The translations under genes and the position numbers were made by a program. Below are positions 32,107-40,936 of a stretch of 55,246 nucleotides of DNA, in pieces. The stretch lies in IMG/VR virus record IMGVR_UViG_3300045988_088672. One strand, 5' to 3'. The DNA comes from a virus. The notes beneath the pieces are model-generated. The model was given only the letters and a program-made list of their open reading frames with translations, made no database searches and had not been told where the DNA came from. Within the stretch, counting starts at the first letter, position 1, and each line of letters opens with the position of its first letter.

Positions 32107-32468
32107 ATACAGCTAAAAATTTTAGAAAAATATTGAGAGGGGACGTATATTGGGTTGATTTAAGTCCTCTAAGTGATGTAGTAAAACATATGGAAGGCGG
32201 TGTTAGACCAGTGGTCGTTGTAAGCAACTCGTATAATAACAAATACTGCGACCTTTTAAACGTCATCCCTATGACATCAAAAAAAGATAAATTGCCACAG
32301 CATCAGTCAGTTACGGTAATGCACAAGAAAGACCCAAGAAAGAGTTATTTGCTCCCGGAAAATACGTGCGTTATAAATAAGAATCAATTGCGGAATTTTA
32401 TCTGTCATTTGGACCCACGTTCAATAAGCAACATGAACCGGGCAATAATGACACAGTTCGAGTTATAA
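32103..32468 (+). CDS. mazF: MazF/PemK (EndoA-like) endoribonuclease toxin
   Basis: RGDVYWVDLSP...GGVRPVVVVSN...VIPMTS...KLPQH closely parallels B. subtilis EndoA ([28 protein letters not shown]...). TTG start overlaps the sigma stop by 4 nt. Confidence 0.8.
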   Translation: MNTAKNFRKILRGDVYWVDLSPLSDVVKHMEGGVRPVVVVSNSYNNKYCDLLNVIPMTSKKDKLPQHQSVTVMHKKDPRKSYLLPENTCVINKNQLRNFICHLDPRSISNMNRAIMTQFEL

Positions 32469-32473
32469 ATGGG

Positions 32474-32656
32474 GTGAAACTAAAGGATATGATGAACAAA
32501 TTAAATCAAACAACGTGCAAAAGATGTGGAAGAAAGTTGAAGAATGAAAAAGCGATAGAAATAGGAATGGGAGCAATATGCTGGAAAAAGTATCAGGCAG
32601 AAAATAATCATAAAAAATTATGGAAGGAGAAACAAAATGGAAGATTTTATGAATAA
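32474..32656 (+). CDS. Small basic zinc-ribbon protein (CxRCGRxL...GxGxxC motif)
   Basis: ORF track, 60 aa. Contains CKRCGRKLKNEKAIEIGMGAIC. GTG start, which is uncertain. Confidence 0.5.
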   Translation: MKLKDMMNKLNQTTCKRCGRKLKNEKAIEIGMGAICWKKYQAENNHKKLWKEKQNGRFYE

Positions 32657-32849
32657 GTGTTTTGAGGAATATGAAAAAATATATGGCAAAGGTGCTAAAA
32701 TGGAAGATGGAGAGGCACAGGTTTTTGAACTACAGGACTGTACGATCATAGTCAGATTAAGATATGGAGATCTGTCAGTAGAAGTTCTTGGAGATAAGCC
32801 TATCAAATGTGATTTTGCATCTGGTCTGTTTGTGGAAAGCGAGGAATGA
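32637..32849 (+). CDS. Hypothetical acidic small protein
   Basis: ORF track, 70 aa. AAGGAGAA SD is upstream. Confidence 0.55.
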   Translation: MEDFMNKCFEEYEKIYGKGAKMEDGEAQVFELQDCTIIVRLRYGDLSVEVLGDKPIKCDFASGLFVESEE

Positions 32850-32852
32850 AAA

Positions 32853-33215
32853 ATGACATTGAATGATTTAAAAACTGGAATGATAGTTACCACAAGAAAT
32901 AGTGTTTCTTATATTGTCATGAGGGATTTTGTTGATTCCGGAGATATTTTGGCGGGTATTTCTGATAATGAAAATATAACAAGTTCATATACTGAGTTAA
33001 GTAATTATGAACAAGACCTGAAACACAATAAATTACCAGGACTTGATATAATGTCAGTATACACTTCTTATTCATATGGTATAGACATATCGAAAAAACT
33101 TCTTTGGAAACGTGAAGAATACAGGGAGGTAACAATGAAAGAGCTAGAAGAGCTATTCGAATGTAAGGTAAAAATTGTAGATGAGGATAAATTGTCGAGG
33201 AGGATGAGTAAATGA
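32853..33215 (+). CDS. Hypothetical protein
   Basis: ORF track, 120 aa. Confidence 0.55.
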   Translation: MTLNDLKTGMIVTTRNSVSYIVMRDFVDSGDILAGISDNENITSSYTELSNYEQDLKHNKLPGLDIMSVYTSYSYGIDISKKLLWKREEYREVTMKELEELFECKVKIVDEDKLSRRMSK

Positions 33216-33367
33216 AGAAAAAATTATCAAACCTACTATTTGCAATATCAATAGTAATGATTATATGGTTCGGAGTATCTGTATTAGAAATTGCAAATAA
33301 GAATATGTATTCAAAAGATTATAGTGAGTACAATCTTATAATTATGATTTCAAATCTTATGGAATAA
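33212..33367 (+). CDS. Small membrane protein (51 aa, not in ORF track)
   Basis: Hand translation gives MKKKLSNLLFAISIVMIIWFGVSVLEIANKNMYSKDYSEYNLIIMISNLME*. SD GAGGAGGA is upstream. Confidence 0.5.
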   Translation: MKKKLSNLLFAISIVMIIWFGVSVLEIANKNMYSKDYSEYNLIIMISNLME

Positions 33368-33376
33368 GGAGACTAT

Positions 33377-33580
33377 ATGGATAGAAATATACAAACCTGT
33401 TGCAAAGATTGCAAAGAACGAACATATAAATGTCATTCTTCTTGTCCGAAGTATAAGGAGTTCCAAAAACAAAATGAAGAAAAGAGGCAGGTGCTATATA
33501 AAAGACAAGGAGAACTAAATGACTATTTAGGTGTTAAGTTCAAAGGATTGAATAGAATATACAGAAAGAAAAGAAAATAA
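33377..33580 (+). CDS. Cys-rich small protein
   Basis: Contains CCKDCKERTYKCHSSCPKY. 67 aa. Confidence 0.55.
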   Translation: MDRNIQTCCKDCKERTYKCHSSCPKYKEFQKQNEEKRQVLYKRQGELNDYLGVKFKGLNRIYRKKRK

Positions 33581-33587
33581 AGACATG

Positions 33588-33622
33588 AAAAAGTATAGGA
33601 TATAATGTCCTATACTTTTTTT
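33588..33622 (+). terminator. Rho-independent terminator
   Basis: A 13-bp perfect stem pairs AAAAAGTATAGGA with TCCTATACTTTTT and runs into a T tract. Confidence 0.85.
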
Positions 33623-33623
33623 C

Positions 33624-33651
33624 TTTACAAATTTAAAAATTGTGTTATAAT
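33624..33651 (+). promoter_or_regulatory. Late-class promoter (CTTTACAAAT...TTGTGTTATAATAAAA) ahead of the packaging operon
   Basis: TTTACA 33624-33629, 16-bp spacer, TATAAT 33646-33651 with TGT. Its flanks are shared with the promoter at 39278. Confidence 0.6.
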
Positions 33652-33695
33652 AAAATTAAAAAACATTTTATCGAAAAGGAGGCGGGCAACATAAG

Positions 33696-33929
33696 ATGAC
33701 AGATATGTCTAAACTAATATATAAGTTACAAACAGCTTTAAAACAAAAAGGAGTAATAGTCTATATAAATACATCCCAATTTTATTCTGTGGAACAAGAT
33801 AGATTTATAAAGATGTATAGAATATTATACAAGAAACAGCAACTAATAAATACTGCTTCTCAAATAAAAGTAGTAAAAGCATTAAATGAATTGTGGCAGG
33901 AGGTAAAAAATGAAGAAGGAAACAAGTAA
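33696..33929 (+). CDS. Hypothetical protein
   Basis: ORF track, 77 aa. AAAGGAGG SD is upstream. Confidence 0.55.
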   Translation: MTDMSKLIYKLQTALKQKGVIVYINTSQFYSVEQDRFIKMYRILYKKQQLINTASQIKVVKALNELWQEVKNEEGNK

Positions 33930-34365
33930 AGAAAAAGAAGCAAAGAAATATCTTAATCCTAGACAGATCTTATTCGTACAAGAATATATGAAAACGAATA
34001 ACGTTACACAAGCATCTATCAGTGCAGGATATATGCCTAAAGGAGCATACGCACAAGGTTCACGCTTGTTAAAAGATGTAAGAATCCAAAATTACATTGA
34101 AGCAATAAGGGAAAGATTGGATGATGCAAAGATTGCTGATATACAAGAAGTAATGGAATATCTCACATCAGTCATGCGAGGGGAGAAGAAAGACCAATTC
34201 GATTTAGACCCGGCATTAAGTGAAAGAACAAAAGCCGCAAGTGAGTTGGCTAAGCGTTTGGATGTACGAGCAAAGAACTTGAATATAGAATGTGCAGTCA
34301 ACATTATAGATGACATTCCGGATGATGCTGAGATTGAGGATGATTTAGATGAAGAAAGCAATTAA
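33910..34365 (+). CDS. terS: Terminase small subunit (Terminase_2-like)
   Basis: NPRQILFVQEYMKTNNVTQASISAGY...AYAQGSRLLKDVRIQNYIE is the characteristic TerS HTH region. The gene lies directly upstream of TerL. Confidence 0.8.
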   Translation: MKKETSKEKEAKKYLNPRQILFVQEYMKTNNVTQASISAGYMPKGAYAQGSRLLKDVRIQNYIEAIRERLDDAKIADIQEVMEYLTSVMRGEKKDQFDLDPALSERTKAASELAKRLDVRAKNLNIECAVNIIDDIPDDAEIEDDLDEESN

Positions 34366-35614
34366 AGGTAGACCACTTTCCAAATGCATAGGAAAAGCAT
34401 TCTATAGTGTTCATAAAGATATACAAGCTGGAAAGCATACTTATTATGATTTGACTGGCGGACGTGGTTCATTGAAATCTTCTTGTGTGTCTGTAGAGAT
34501 AATCTATAATATGATGAAAAAGGAAAATAAAAATAAACACGCTGTCATCTATAGAAAAGTAGGAGATCCACTTGAAACATCAGTATTTGCTCAGATTGAA
34601 TGGGCTATTGATATTTTAGGCGTTTCTCGTTTATGGAAATTGACTAAATCGCCAATGAGAGCCGAATATCTTCCAACTGGGCAAAAGATTATATTCAAAG
34701 GATTGGATAAAGCAGCAAAATCAAAGTCAATCAAAGTACCATTTGGATATATAGGTTATCTTTGGTTTGAGGAGTTTGATGAATTTTCTGGAGAAGAAGA
34801 GATACGTAAAGTGCAACAATCTGTCATTCGTGGTGGAAATGACTTCGTGGTATTCAAATCAATGAACCCACCTAAATCAAGACAGAACTGGGCAAACTAC
34901 TATATAGATAAAGAGAAATTGAGAAAAGATACACTTGTATCTCAAACAACTTATCTAACATCACCGAAAGAATGGTTGGGTCAACAGTTTATAGATGATG
35001 CTGAATGGCTTAAAATGGTAAACCCAAAAGCATATAAACATGAGTATCTAGGCATTCCTATAGGAAACGGCACGGAAGTATTTGATAATCTTGAAATAAG
35101 ACAAATAACAGATGAAGAAATAGCAAGATTTGATAGATTATATAGAGGAGTTGACTGGGGCTGGTTTCCAGATCCATTCCATTATGGTTGTATGCATTAT
35201 GATAGTGCTAGGATGATTTTATATATCTTTGAAGAGTTCCGGACAAACAAAATGCGGAATAGTGAAACAGGAAAAATCCTCAAAGATAAATTCAATCTTG
35301 GAAGATATGACGTAGTGATTTGTGATAGCGCTGAGAATAAGTCCATAGCAGATTATAGAAGTTATGGTATAAACGCAAGAGGCGCAGAAAAAGGTCCTGA
35401 TAGTGTTCGTTATGGAATGAAATGGTTGCAATCTCTTATCAAGATTGTTATAGACCCTGTAAGATGCCCGAATACAGCAGAAGAATTTAAGAAGTACGAG
35501 TATGAATTGGATAAAGATGGTAATCCTACTTCGGTATATCCTGATGCTAATAATCATTCAATAGACATGACAAGATACGCGATGGAGCGTGTTTGGAAAA
35601 GGAAAGGAAAGTAG
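34349..35614 (+). CDS. terL: Terminase large subunit (PBSX/XtmB type, headful)
   Basis: LTGGRGSLKSS (P-loop variant), LWFEEFDEF (Walker B) and a C-terminal nuclease region with DSAENKSI...NHSIDMTRYA. Confidence 0.85.
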   Translation: MKKAIKGRPLSKCIGKAFYSVHKDIQAGKHTYYDLTGGRGSLKSSCVSVEIIYNMMKKENKNKHAVIYRKVGDPLETSVFAQIEWAIDILGVSRLWKLTKSPMRAEYLPTGQKIIFKGLDKAAKSKSIKVPFGYIGYLWFEEFDEFSGEEEIRKVQQSVIRGGNDFVVFKSMNPPKSRQNWANYYIDKEKLRKDTLVSQTTYLTSPKEWLGQQFIDDAEWLKMVNPKAYKHEYLGIPIGNGTEVFDNLEIRQITDEEIARFDRLYRGVDWGWFPDPFHYGCMHYDSARMILYIFEEFRTNKMRNSETGKILKDKFNLGRYDVVICDSAENKSIADYRSYGINARGAEKGPDSVRYGMKWLQSLIKIVIDPVRCPNTAEEFKKYEYELDKDGNPTSVYPDANNHSIDMTRYAMERVWKRKGK

Positions 35615-35617
35615 AAT

Positions 35618-35836
35618 ATGCAAGAACAAGTTAATCATCCAACACATTATGGGGGCAAAGATAATCCTTACGAAGCAATCAAAGTTATAGATGCATGGCA
35701 TTTAGATTTTTGTCTTGGAAATGTGGTGAAATATGTAAGTCGTGCAGGAAAGAAAGACAATAATTCTGTGGAACAAGATTTAAAGAAAGCACTTTGGTAT
35801 TTAGAACATGAACTTGAGTTAATGAAAGGAGAATAA
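35618..35836 (+). CDS. DUF3310-family protein
   Basis: VNHPTHYGG...YEAIKVIDAW...FCLGNVVKYVSRAGKK...DLKKALWYL is the DUF3310 signature. Confidence 0.7.
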   Translation: MQEQVNHPTHYGGKDNPYEAIKVIDAWHLDFCLGNVVKYVSRAGKKDNNSVEQDLKKALWYLEHELELMKGE

Positions 35837-36423
35837 TGATGGGAAGAGTAGTAATACCAGGATTTAGAAAGATTGAAACAAGCGGCGGAGGAGAAGGAGG
35901 AACAGGTAACTATGAGGACTTAACAAACAAGCCCTCTATAAACAATGTTTACTTAGTGGGAAATCTCAATACAGTAGATTTGAAACTGACAGATGCAACA
36001 TTGACAGAAAAGGGAGTACCTGCAGAAGCGAAAACGGTTGGGATTAAAATGAATGAAAAGCCGAACTATGAGGAGGGTACATTTTCTACTTCACTCGCTA
36101 ACACTTCTTTCAATCCGCAAGTTAAAGCGGAATATAAAAAAGTAGGTAATATTGTATCCATAGCAATTAAATTTTCTTTCGCTGATAAAATTGATACGGC
36201 ACAAATGGGAGAAATTTTAGGCCTACCTTTTGTTGTATCTACAGAAAATGCAACAGGTGGATTCTATCCAATGTTTGCTAAGACCAATAATGGTAATTAT
36301 TCAGGTATGGTACCATTCGAAAACTATATGGGTGAGGTACCTGCCGTTGGTATTACCGATTTGCTTGGGCAACAAACAACGAAGGTAATTATACTGTATG
36401 GACAGTATGAATCAACTAATTAA
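35836..36423 (+). CDS. Hypothetical protein with fibre-like N-terminal motif (YEDLTNKPSINN)
   Basis: ORF track, 195 aa. The motif is of the type seen in Firmicute phage fibre and structural proteins. Its position between TerL and the portal is unusual. Confidence 0.5.
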   Translation: MMGRVVIPGFRKIETSGGGEGGTGNYEDLTNKPSINNVYLVGNLNTVDLKLTDATLTEKGVPAEAKTVGIKMNEKPNYEEGTFSTSLANTSFNPQVKAEYKKVGNIVSIAIKFSFADKIDTAQMGEILGLPFVVSTENATGGFYPMFAKTNNGNYSGMVPFENYMGEVPAVGITDLLGQQTTKVIILYGQYESTN

Positions 36424-36449
36424 GTTAATTGAAGAAAGGAGACATCCGC

Positions 36450-38036
36450 ATGATTAAAAAATTATTGAATTTAATCTACGAAGCAATTGGTAAAATGATT
36501 GGGTATAAATCAATAACTGATGCTTTTGAAATTGATGATACTGGAATATCTGACGAAATGTCAAATGCGCTGGATGTGTGGAAATCCATGTATAAAGACG
36601 AAAGCCCTTGGCTTGACGATATAAAAGGTGTATACTCTTTAGGATTGCCTAAGCAGATATGTCAATCTTTGAAACAACAGACACTTTCTGAAATGGAAAC
36701 ATCTATTACAGAACCCGGAGTTGAAGATGGTATAGAACAGGATAAAGATGATGCCATTGATACAAGGGCTAAATTTCTGAATGATATTTACCAAAAAAGG
36801 CTTATTAAAAATCTGCCACAATCTTTTGAAAAAGCCTTGGCTCTTGGTGGAATGGTTATAAAGCCGTACATGAGCAATGGGCAGTTATATCTTGATTTTA
36901 ACCAGCAAGGAGAGTTCTATCCTATAGCTTTTGATGATGATGGAAATATCATTGATGTTGCATTTTTTGACCAATTTACCGCTGGAAAATATGTCTATAC
37001 AAAAGTTGAAAGACAGACATTCTCTTTTGATAAGAAAATGGTTGTTGTGGAAAATAAGGCATTCAAAGCACAGTTACGCACACCGGACGATGAAGTAGAA
37101 CAGGAACTCGGACAAGAGATACCATTATCATCCATTGACCGATGGAATGGAATTAGTGAAGAACCGGTAACTATTGAGAACACAGAAAAGCCGTTGTATG
37201 GATATTTCAAAGTCCCACTTGCCAATAATGTTGACATGAAATCTCCCCTTGGAATTTCAATTTTTAGCCCTGCAACAAAACTAATTAGAAAAGCCGATGA
37301 ACAGTTCAGCCGCCTTGACTGGGAATATAAGGGAGGACAATTAGCCATTGATGTTGACCCGACAGCCGTAACCTATAGTGAGGGTTATTATGGAACAAAA
37401 ACTAACTTGGATGACTTACAAGACAGATTATATCGTAGATTAGATACAGGTTCTGACGAGACATATCACGAATGGGCTCCGTCTTTGCGGGATGCAAATT
37501 ATATAAATGGGCTCAACGTGTATACAAATAAAATAGAAGATATGATAGGATTAGCAAGAGGGACATTGTCTCAAGTAGAATTAGACGCAAGAACAGCTAC
37601 TGAGATTAAGCTCGTTAAGCAAAGAACTTATATCACGGTTTCCGATTTACAGAAAGCTTTAGACCAATGTCTAATGGATGTGGTATATGCTATGAATGTG
37701 TTTACTGAATTATATAATCTTGCCCCTGCCGGAGATTATGACACAAACATAGATTGGAAAGACAGCATTTTGACGGATACAGATACAGAACTTGAGCATA
37801 AGATGACCCTTCAAACTGCCGGTATTTTAAGCAAGGCTGAGGTTCGTGCTTGGTACACAGGGGAATCTGTAGAAGCCGCACAATTAGAGATTGATAAAAT
37901 GCAGGAGCAAGCACAGCAGAACATGATGAATGATTTGTTTAATTCTACTGATACCAGTGACAATTCTTTAGAGTCTAATCCTACAGATAAACAAGATATG
38001 TCAAATCAGAACAATCAATCTAATAATGAGGAGTGA
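36450..38036 (+). CDS. Portal protein (SPP1 gp6-like)
   Basis: Size (~528 aa), position after the terminase, and an acidic Q/N/D/E-rich C-terminal tail. ATG 36450 follows GAAAGGAG. Confidence 0.7.
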   Translation: MIKKLLNLIYEAIGKMIGYKSITDAFEIDDTGISDEMSNALDVWKSMYKDESPWLDDIKGVYSLGLPKQICQSLKQQTLSEMETSITEPGVEDGIEQDKDDAIDTRAKFLNDIYQKRLIKNLPQSFEKALALGGMVIKPYMSNGQLYLDFNQQGEFYPIAFDDDGNIIDVAFFDQFTAGKYVYTKVERQTFSFDKKMVVVENKAFKAQLRTPDDEVEQELGQEIPLSSIDRWNGISEEPVTIENTEKPLYGYFKVPLANNVDMKSPLGISIFSPATKLIRKADEQFSRLDWEYKGGQLAIDVDPTAVTYSEGYYGTKTNLDDLQDRLYRRLDTGSDETYHEWAPSLRDANYINGLNVYTNKIEDMIGLARGTLSQVELDARTATEIKLVKQRTYITVSDLQKALDQCLMDVVYAMNVFTELYNLAPAGDYDTNIDWKDSILTDTDTELEHKMTLQTAGILSKAEVRAWYTGESVEAAQLEIDKMQEQAQQNMMNDLFNSTDTSDNSLESNPTDKQDMSNQNNQSNNEE

Positions 38037-38042
38037 TTTTAG

Positions 38043-39146
38043 ATGGCTTTATCAAAGGATGAATTAACGAACATTGCTTTTAGAATTGCTGACAGATTCG
38101 AAAAAGTCAATATCTTTTATCTTTCCAAAATGGCGGAACAGATAAAAGATATTGGTAAATTGGATAAGGACAATATGCACCGGTTAGAACAAATGGCTAA
38201 AATGGGTAATAACATTGAAGAAATAAATCTATACCTCTCAAAGCAATCCGGACTAGCGTTACAAGATATTTATAAACTTTATGATAAAAGTGCTGGTGAG
38301 ATATACAAGGATGTTGCTTATATGTATAAATATAATGGGATCAATCAGCCTGAATTTTCTAAAAATATAGCAGTACAAAATTATATCCGTTCTGTACGAA
38401 ATTTGACACTAGGAACATTCGCCAATATGGCGAATACAACGAACATTGCTAAGGATTATAAGGATGCCATTGATTTAGCCATAGATACAGTAGCAACCGG
38501 AATGGATGGATATCAAGATGTTTTAGAAAGGCTTGTTCTTGATAAGGCTACACAAGGGGCAAGAGTTCAATATTCAAGTGGACGAACACGAAGATTGGAT
38601 AGTGCGGCTAGGATGAACATATTAGAAGGAGTTCGTCAAGTCAACTATGGCGTACGATTAGAAGCAGGCAGACAATATGGGGCAGATGGGGTTGAAATAG
38701 ACGCACATGGATTGTGCGCAGAAGACCATCTTCCATATCAAGGAAGACAATACAGTCTTTCAAAGTATCATTCAATCAATGAAAGTTTAGAAAGACATTT
38801 TGGAACGTGCAACTGCCAACATGGTATATCCTATATAGTTCTCGGCATATCACCCCCTTCATACGATGATAAAGAATTGAAAAGAATAAAAGATTACTCA
38901 ACAGAAAAAATAAAAGTGGGGGATAAGGAAATAACAAGATACGAAGCCAGTCAAGTAATTAGAAATCTTGAAACCAAGATGAGATACAAGCAGGAACAGA
39001 TTATAGCTTTACAAAAGGCTGGGAAAGACGCCGAAGAACAGAAAAAACAGTTAAAGAGATTGAAGCAATCTTATGGTTACACATCGAAACAAGCAAATCT
39101 TCGTAGACAATGGAACAGAGCAAAGGTTCCGGGTTACGATTTATAG
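38043..39146 (+). CDS. Minor head / head-morphogenesis protein (SPP1 gp7 / Mu F-like)
   Basis: Position after the portal. VEIDAHGLCAEDHLPYQGRQYS resembles the Phage_Mu_F core. Confidence 0.65.
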   Translation: MALSKDELTNIAFRIADRFEKVNIFYLSKMAEQIKDIGKLDKDNMHRLEQMAKMGNNIEEINLYLSKQSGLALQDIYKLYDKSAGEIYKDVAYMYKYNGINQPEFSKNIAVQNYIRSVRNLTLGTFANMANTTNIAKDYKDAIDLAIDTVATGMDGYQDVLERLVLDKATQGARVQYSSGRTRRLDSAARMNILEGVRQVNYGVRLEAGRQYGADGVEIDAHGLCAEDHLPYQGRQYSLSKYHSINESLERHFGTCNCQHGISYIVLGISPPSYDDKELKRIKDYSTEKIKVGDKEITRYEASQVIRNLETKMRYKQEQIIALQKAGKDAEEQKKQLKRLKQSYGYTSKQANLRRQWNRAKVPGYDL

Positions 39147-39156
39147 TTATCAACAA

Positions 39157-39191
39157 GTTATTCACAGAAAATTGTGAATAACTTTTGTTTT
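39157..39191 (+). terminator. Rho-independent terminator built from inverted DnaA-box-like repeats
   Basis: GTTATTCACA-GAAAAT-TGTGAATAAC followed by TTTTGTTTT. It is a paralogue of the terminator at 30925. Confidence 0.75.
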
Positions 39192-39277
39192 GTACATGAG
39201 TTATTCACAATTTTAACATTTTGATTGTGTATAACTTTACTTATCAACAAGTTATCAACAATTTTTTCAAAAAACAC

Positions 39278-39306
39278 TTTACAAATGTTGATAAGTTGTG
39301 TATAAT
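39278..39306 (+). promoter_or_regulatory. Late-class promoter ahead of the scaffold/capsid operon
   Basis: TTTACA 39278-39283, 17-bp spacer, TATAAT 39301-39306. The spacer contains two DnaA-box-like 9-mers. Confidence 0.6.
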
Positions 39307-39381
39307 AAAAAATGTAAATAATCCAAAACCCGGAAAGCGGGTTAAAAACATCATTTTAGATTATAAAGGAGTGCAGAAAAC

Positions 39382-40023
39382 ATGAAGAATATCTATGAGA
39401 TTCTTAAATCTTTCGAAATTACAGTTCCGGAAGACAAGAAGGAAGATTTTGATAAGGTTTTAAATGAAAATTATAAGACTATATCAGAAGTAACTAAAAT
39501 CCAAGGCAAGCTGGAAAAGGCTGAAGGGGAAAGAGATACTTATAAGACTAAGTATGACATGGATATCAAGCAGAGGGATGCTGATATCAAAGACCTTCAA
39601 GGAAAGCTGAAAGACGCGGGAACAGACACCACAAAGTTATCTGACTTGCAGAAAGAACTTTCAGCATTGCAGGATACTTACAATACAGAAAAGTCCAATT
39701 ACGAAAAGCAATTGAGTCAGCAAGCTTATGAGTTTGCCATTAAAGAAAAAGTGGCAGATTTGAAGTTTTCCTCAAACTCAGCAAAGAAAGCTTTTATAGC
39801 AGATGCGCTGAAAGAGGAACTGAAAATGAAGGATGGGCAGTTGCAAGGATTTGACGACTTCCTGGAATCTTATAAGAAAACGGATGCAGATGCATTCCTA
39901 AAAGAGGATACAGAACATTCTGGTGAGGATGAACCGCCTAAACCGCAGTTTAGTGGAAAATCATCCGGTACAGAAACACAGCTGAAAGGCGACACGGAAA
40001 AGCCTTCAGTTACATTTTGGTAA
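39382..40023 (+). CDS. Scaffolding protein (GP20-like coiled coil)
   Basis: A 213-aa charged coiled coil, located immediately upstream of the major capsid gene. Confidence 0.7.
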   Translation: MKNIYEILKSFEITVPEDKKEDFDKVLNENYKTISEVTKIQGKLEKAEGERDTYKTKYDMDIKQRDADIKDLQGKLKDAGTDTTKLSDLQKELSALQDTYNTEKSNYEKQLSQQAYEFAIKEKVADLKFSSNSAKKAFIADALKEELKMKDGQLQGFDDFLESYKKTDADAFLKEDTEHSGEDEPPKPQFSGKSSGTETQLKGDTEKPSVTFW

Positions 40024-40040
40024 AAAGGAGAGATTAAAAA

Positions 40041-40916
40041 ATGGCAAGACCAGAAACAACAAGACTTGATTCTTTGAACGTATTGCTTGATGGTAGTGAA
40101 TCCGGAAAGATGCTCTTGAAAGAAGCATATGATGGCGTTATTGAGAACGTCCAGAAAGGCACAGTATCATCTAAAATCAAGAACACAGATTTGAGTGGTG
40201 ATCCAACAGCCGGCACAGTAGAAGCTAAACGATTTGTTAATGCAAGTTCACAGCCCTATGGAACTGCTCGTACAGCGACTAAAGGAACGGCAGTCAAAGG
40301 AAAGACTGTTACTGTTCCTATTAACGTTGACAGAGAGTTTGTAGAAGAGATTGCAGAAAAAGATATCCGCTTGCTTGGCGTAGACGGATTGGTTGCTAAA
40401 CGTTCCGCGAACCATGCACAAAGAATGGTAGCAGAACTTGATACCGCATTTTTTGCAGAAGGTAAAAACTCCGGAACACAGTTCAAACCGGCAAAAGCTG
40501 TGACAGATATTAAGGATATTGTTGAGTCCGCAATTCTTCAGCTTGAGAAATTGAAAAATAACTATATTGACGGACTGGATCGCTCAATGCTTTCCATCAC
40601 ATTTGACCCGGATACTTATTCGGCAATGAGAATGTACCTCGATACTGTAGTTAATACAAATGTTGACACGACATCCGAAGAGTTCGTGATGTATCATGGA
40701 GTTAAGTGTTATAATTCGAACAGATTGCCATCTGGCGTAAAATTCGAAATCATGATGGATGAATCAATTGCGCAGCCAATTACATCTAAGCCATACTCTG
40801 CTGAACGTATTCCGTTGAGTGAGGATGTAGCCGTAGAAATGTTCTTCTACTATGGCACAAAAGCAGTAACGCCTGATACCATTTTCTGGTATGACGGAAC
40901 GCACGCTGAAGTCTAA
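40041..40916 (+). CDS. Major capsid protein
   Basis: Position after the scaffold, 291 aa, and a strong SD. Assigned by synteny. Confidence 0.65.
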   Translation: MARPETTRLDSLNVLLDGSESGKMLLKEAYDGVIENVQKGTVSSKIKNTDLSGDPTAGTVEAKRFVNASSQPYGTARTATKGTAVKGKTVTVPINVDREFVEEIAEKDIRLLGVDGLVAKRSANHAQRMVAELDTAFFAEGKNSGTQFKPAKAVTDIKDIVESAILQLEKLKNNYIDGLDRSMLSITFDPDTYSAMRMYLDTVVNTNVDTTSEEFVMYHGVKCYNSNRLPSGVKFEIMMDESIAQPITSKPYSAERIPLSEDVAVEMFFYYGTKAVTPDTIFWYDGTHAEV

Positions 40917-40936
40917 TTGGATAAGGAGGATATATA

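Larger units (their letters stand above)
39147..39306. repeat. Cluster of nine DnaA-box-like 9-mers (TTATNCACA / TTATCAACA) in both orientations
   Basis: Plus-strand boxes at 39147, 39158, 39201, 39241 and 39252. Minus-strand boxes at 39173, 39226, 39286 and 39297. All were read directly from the sequence. Confidence 0.8.
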
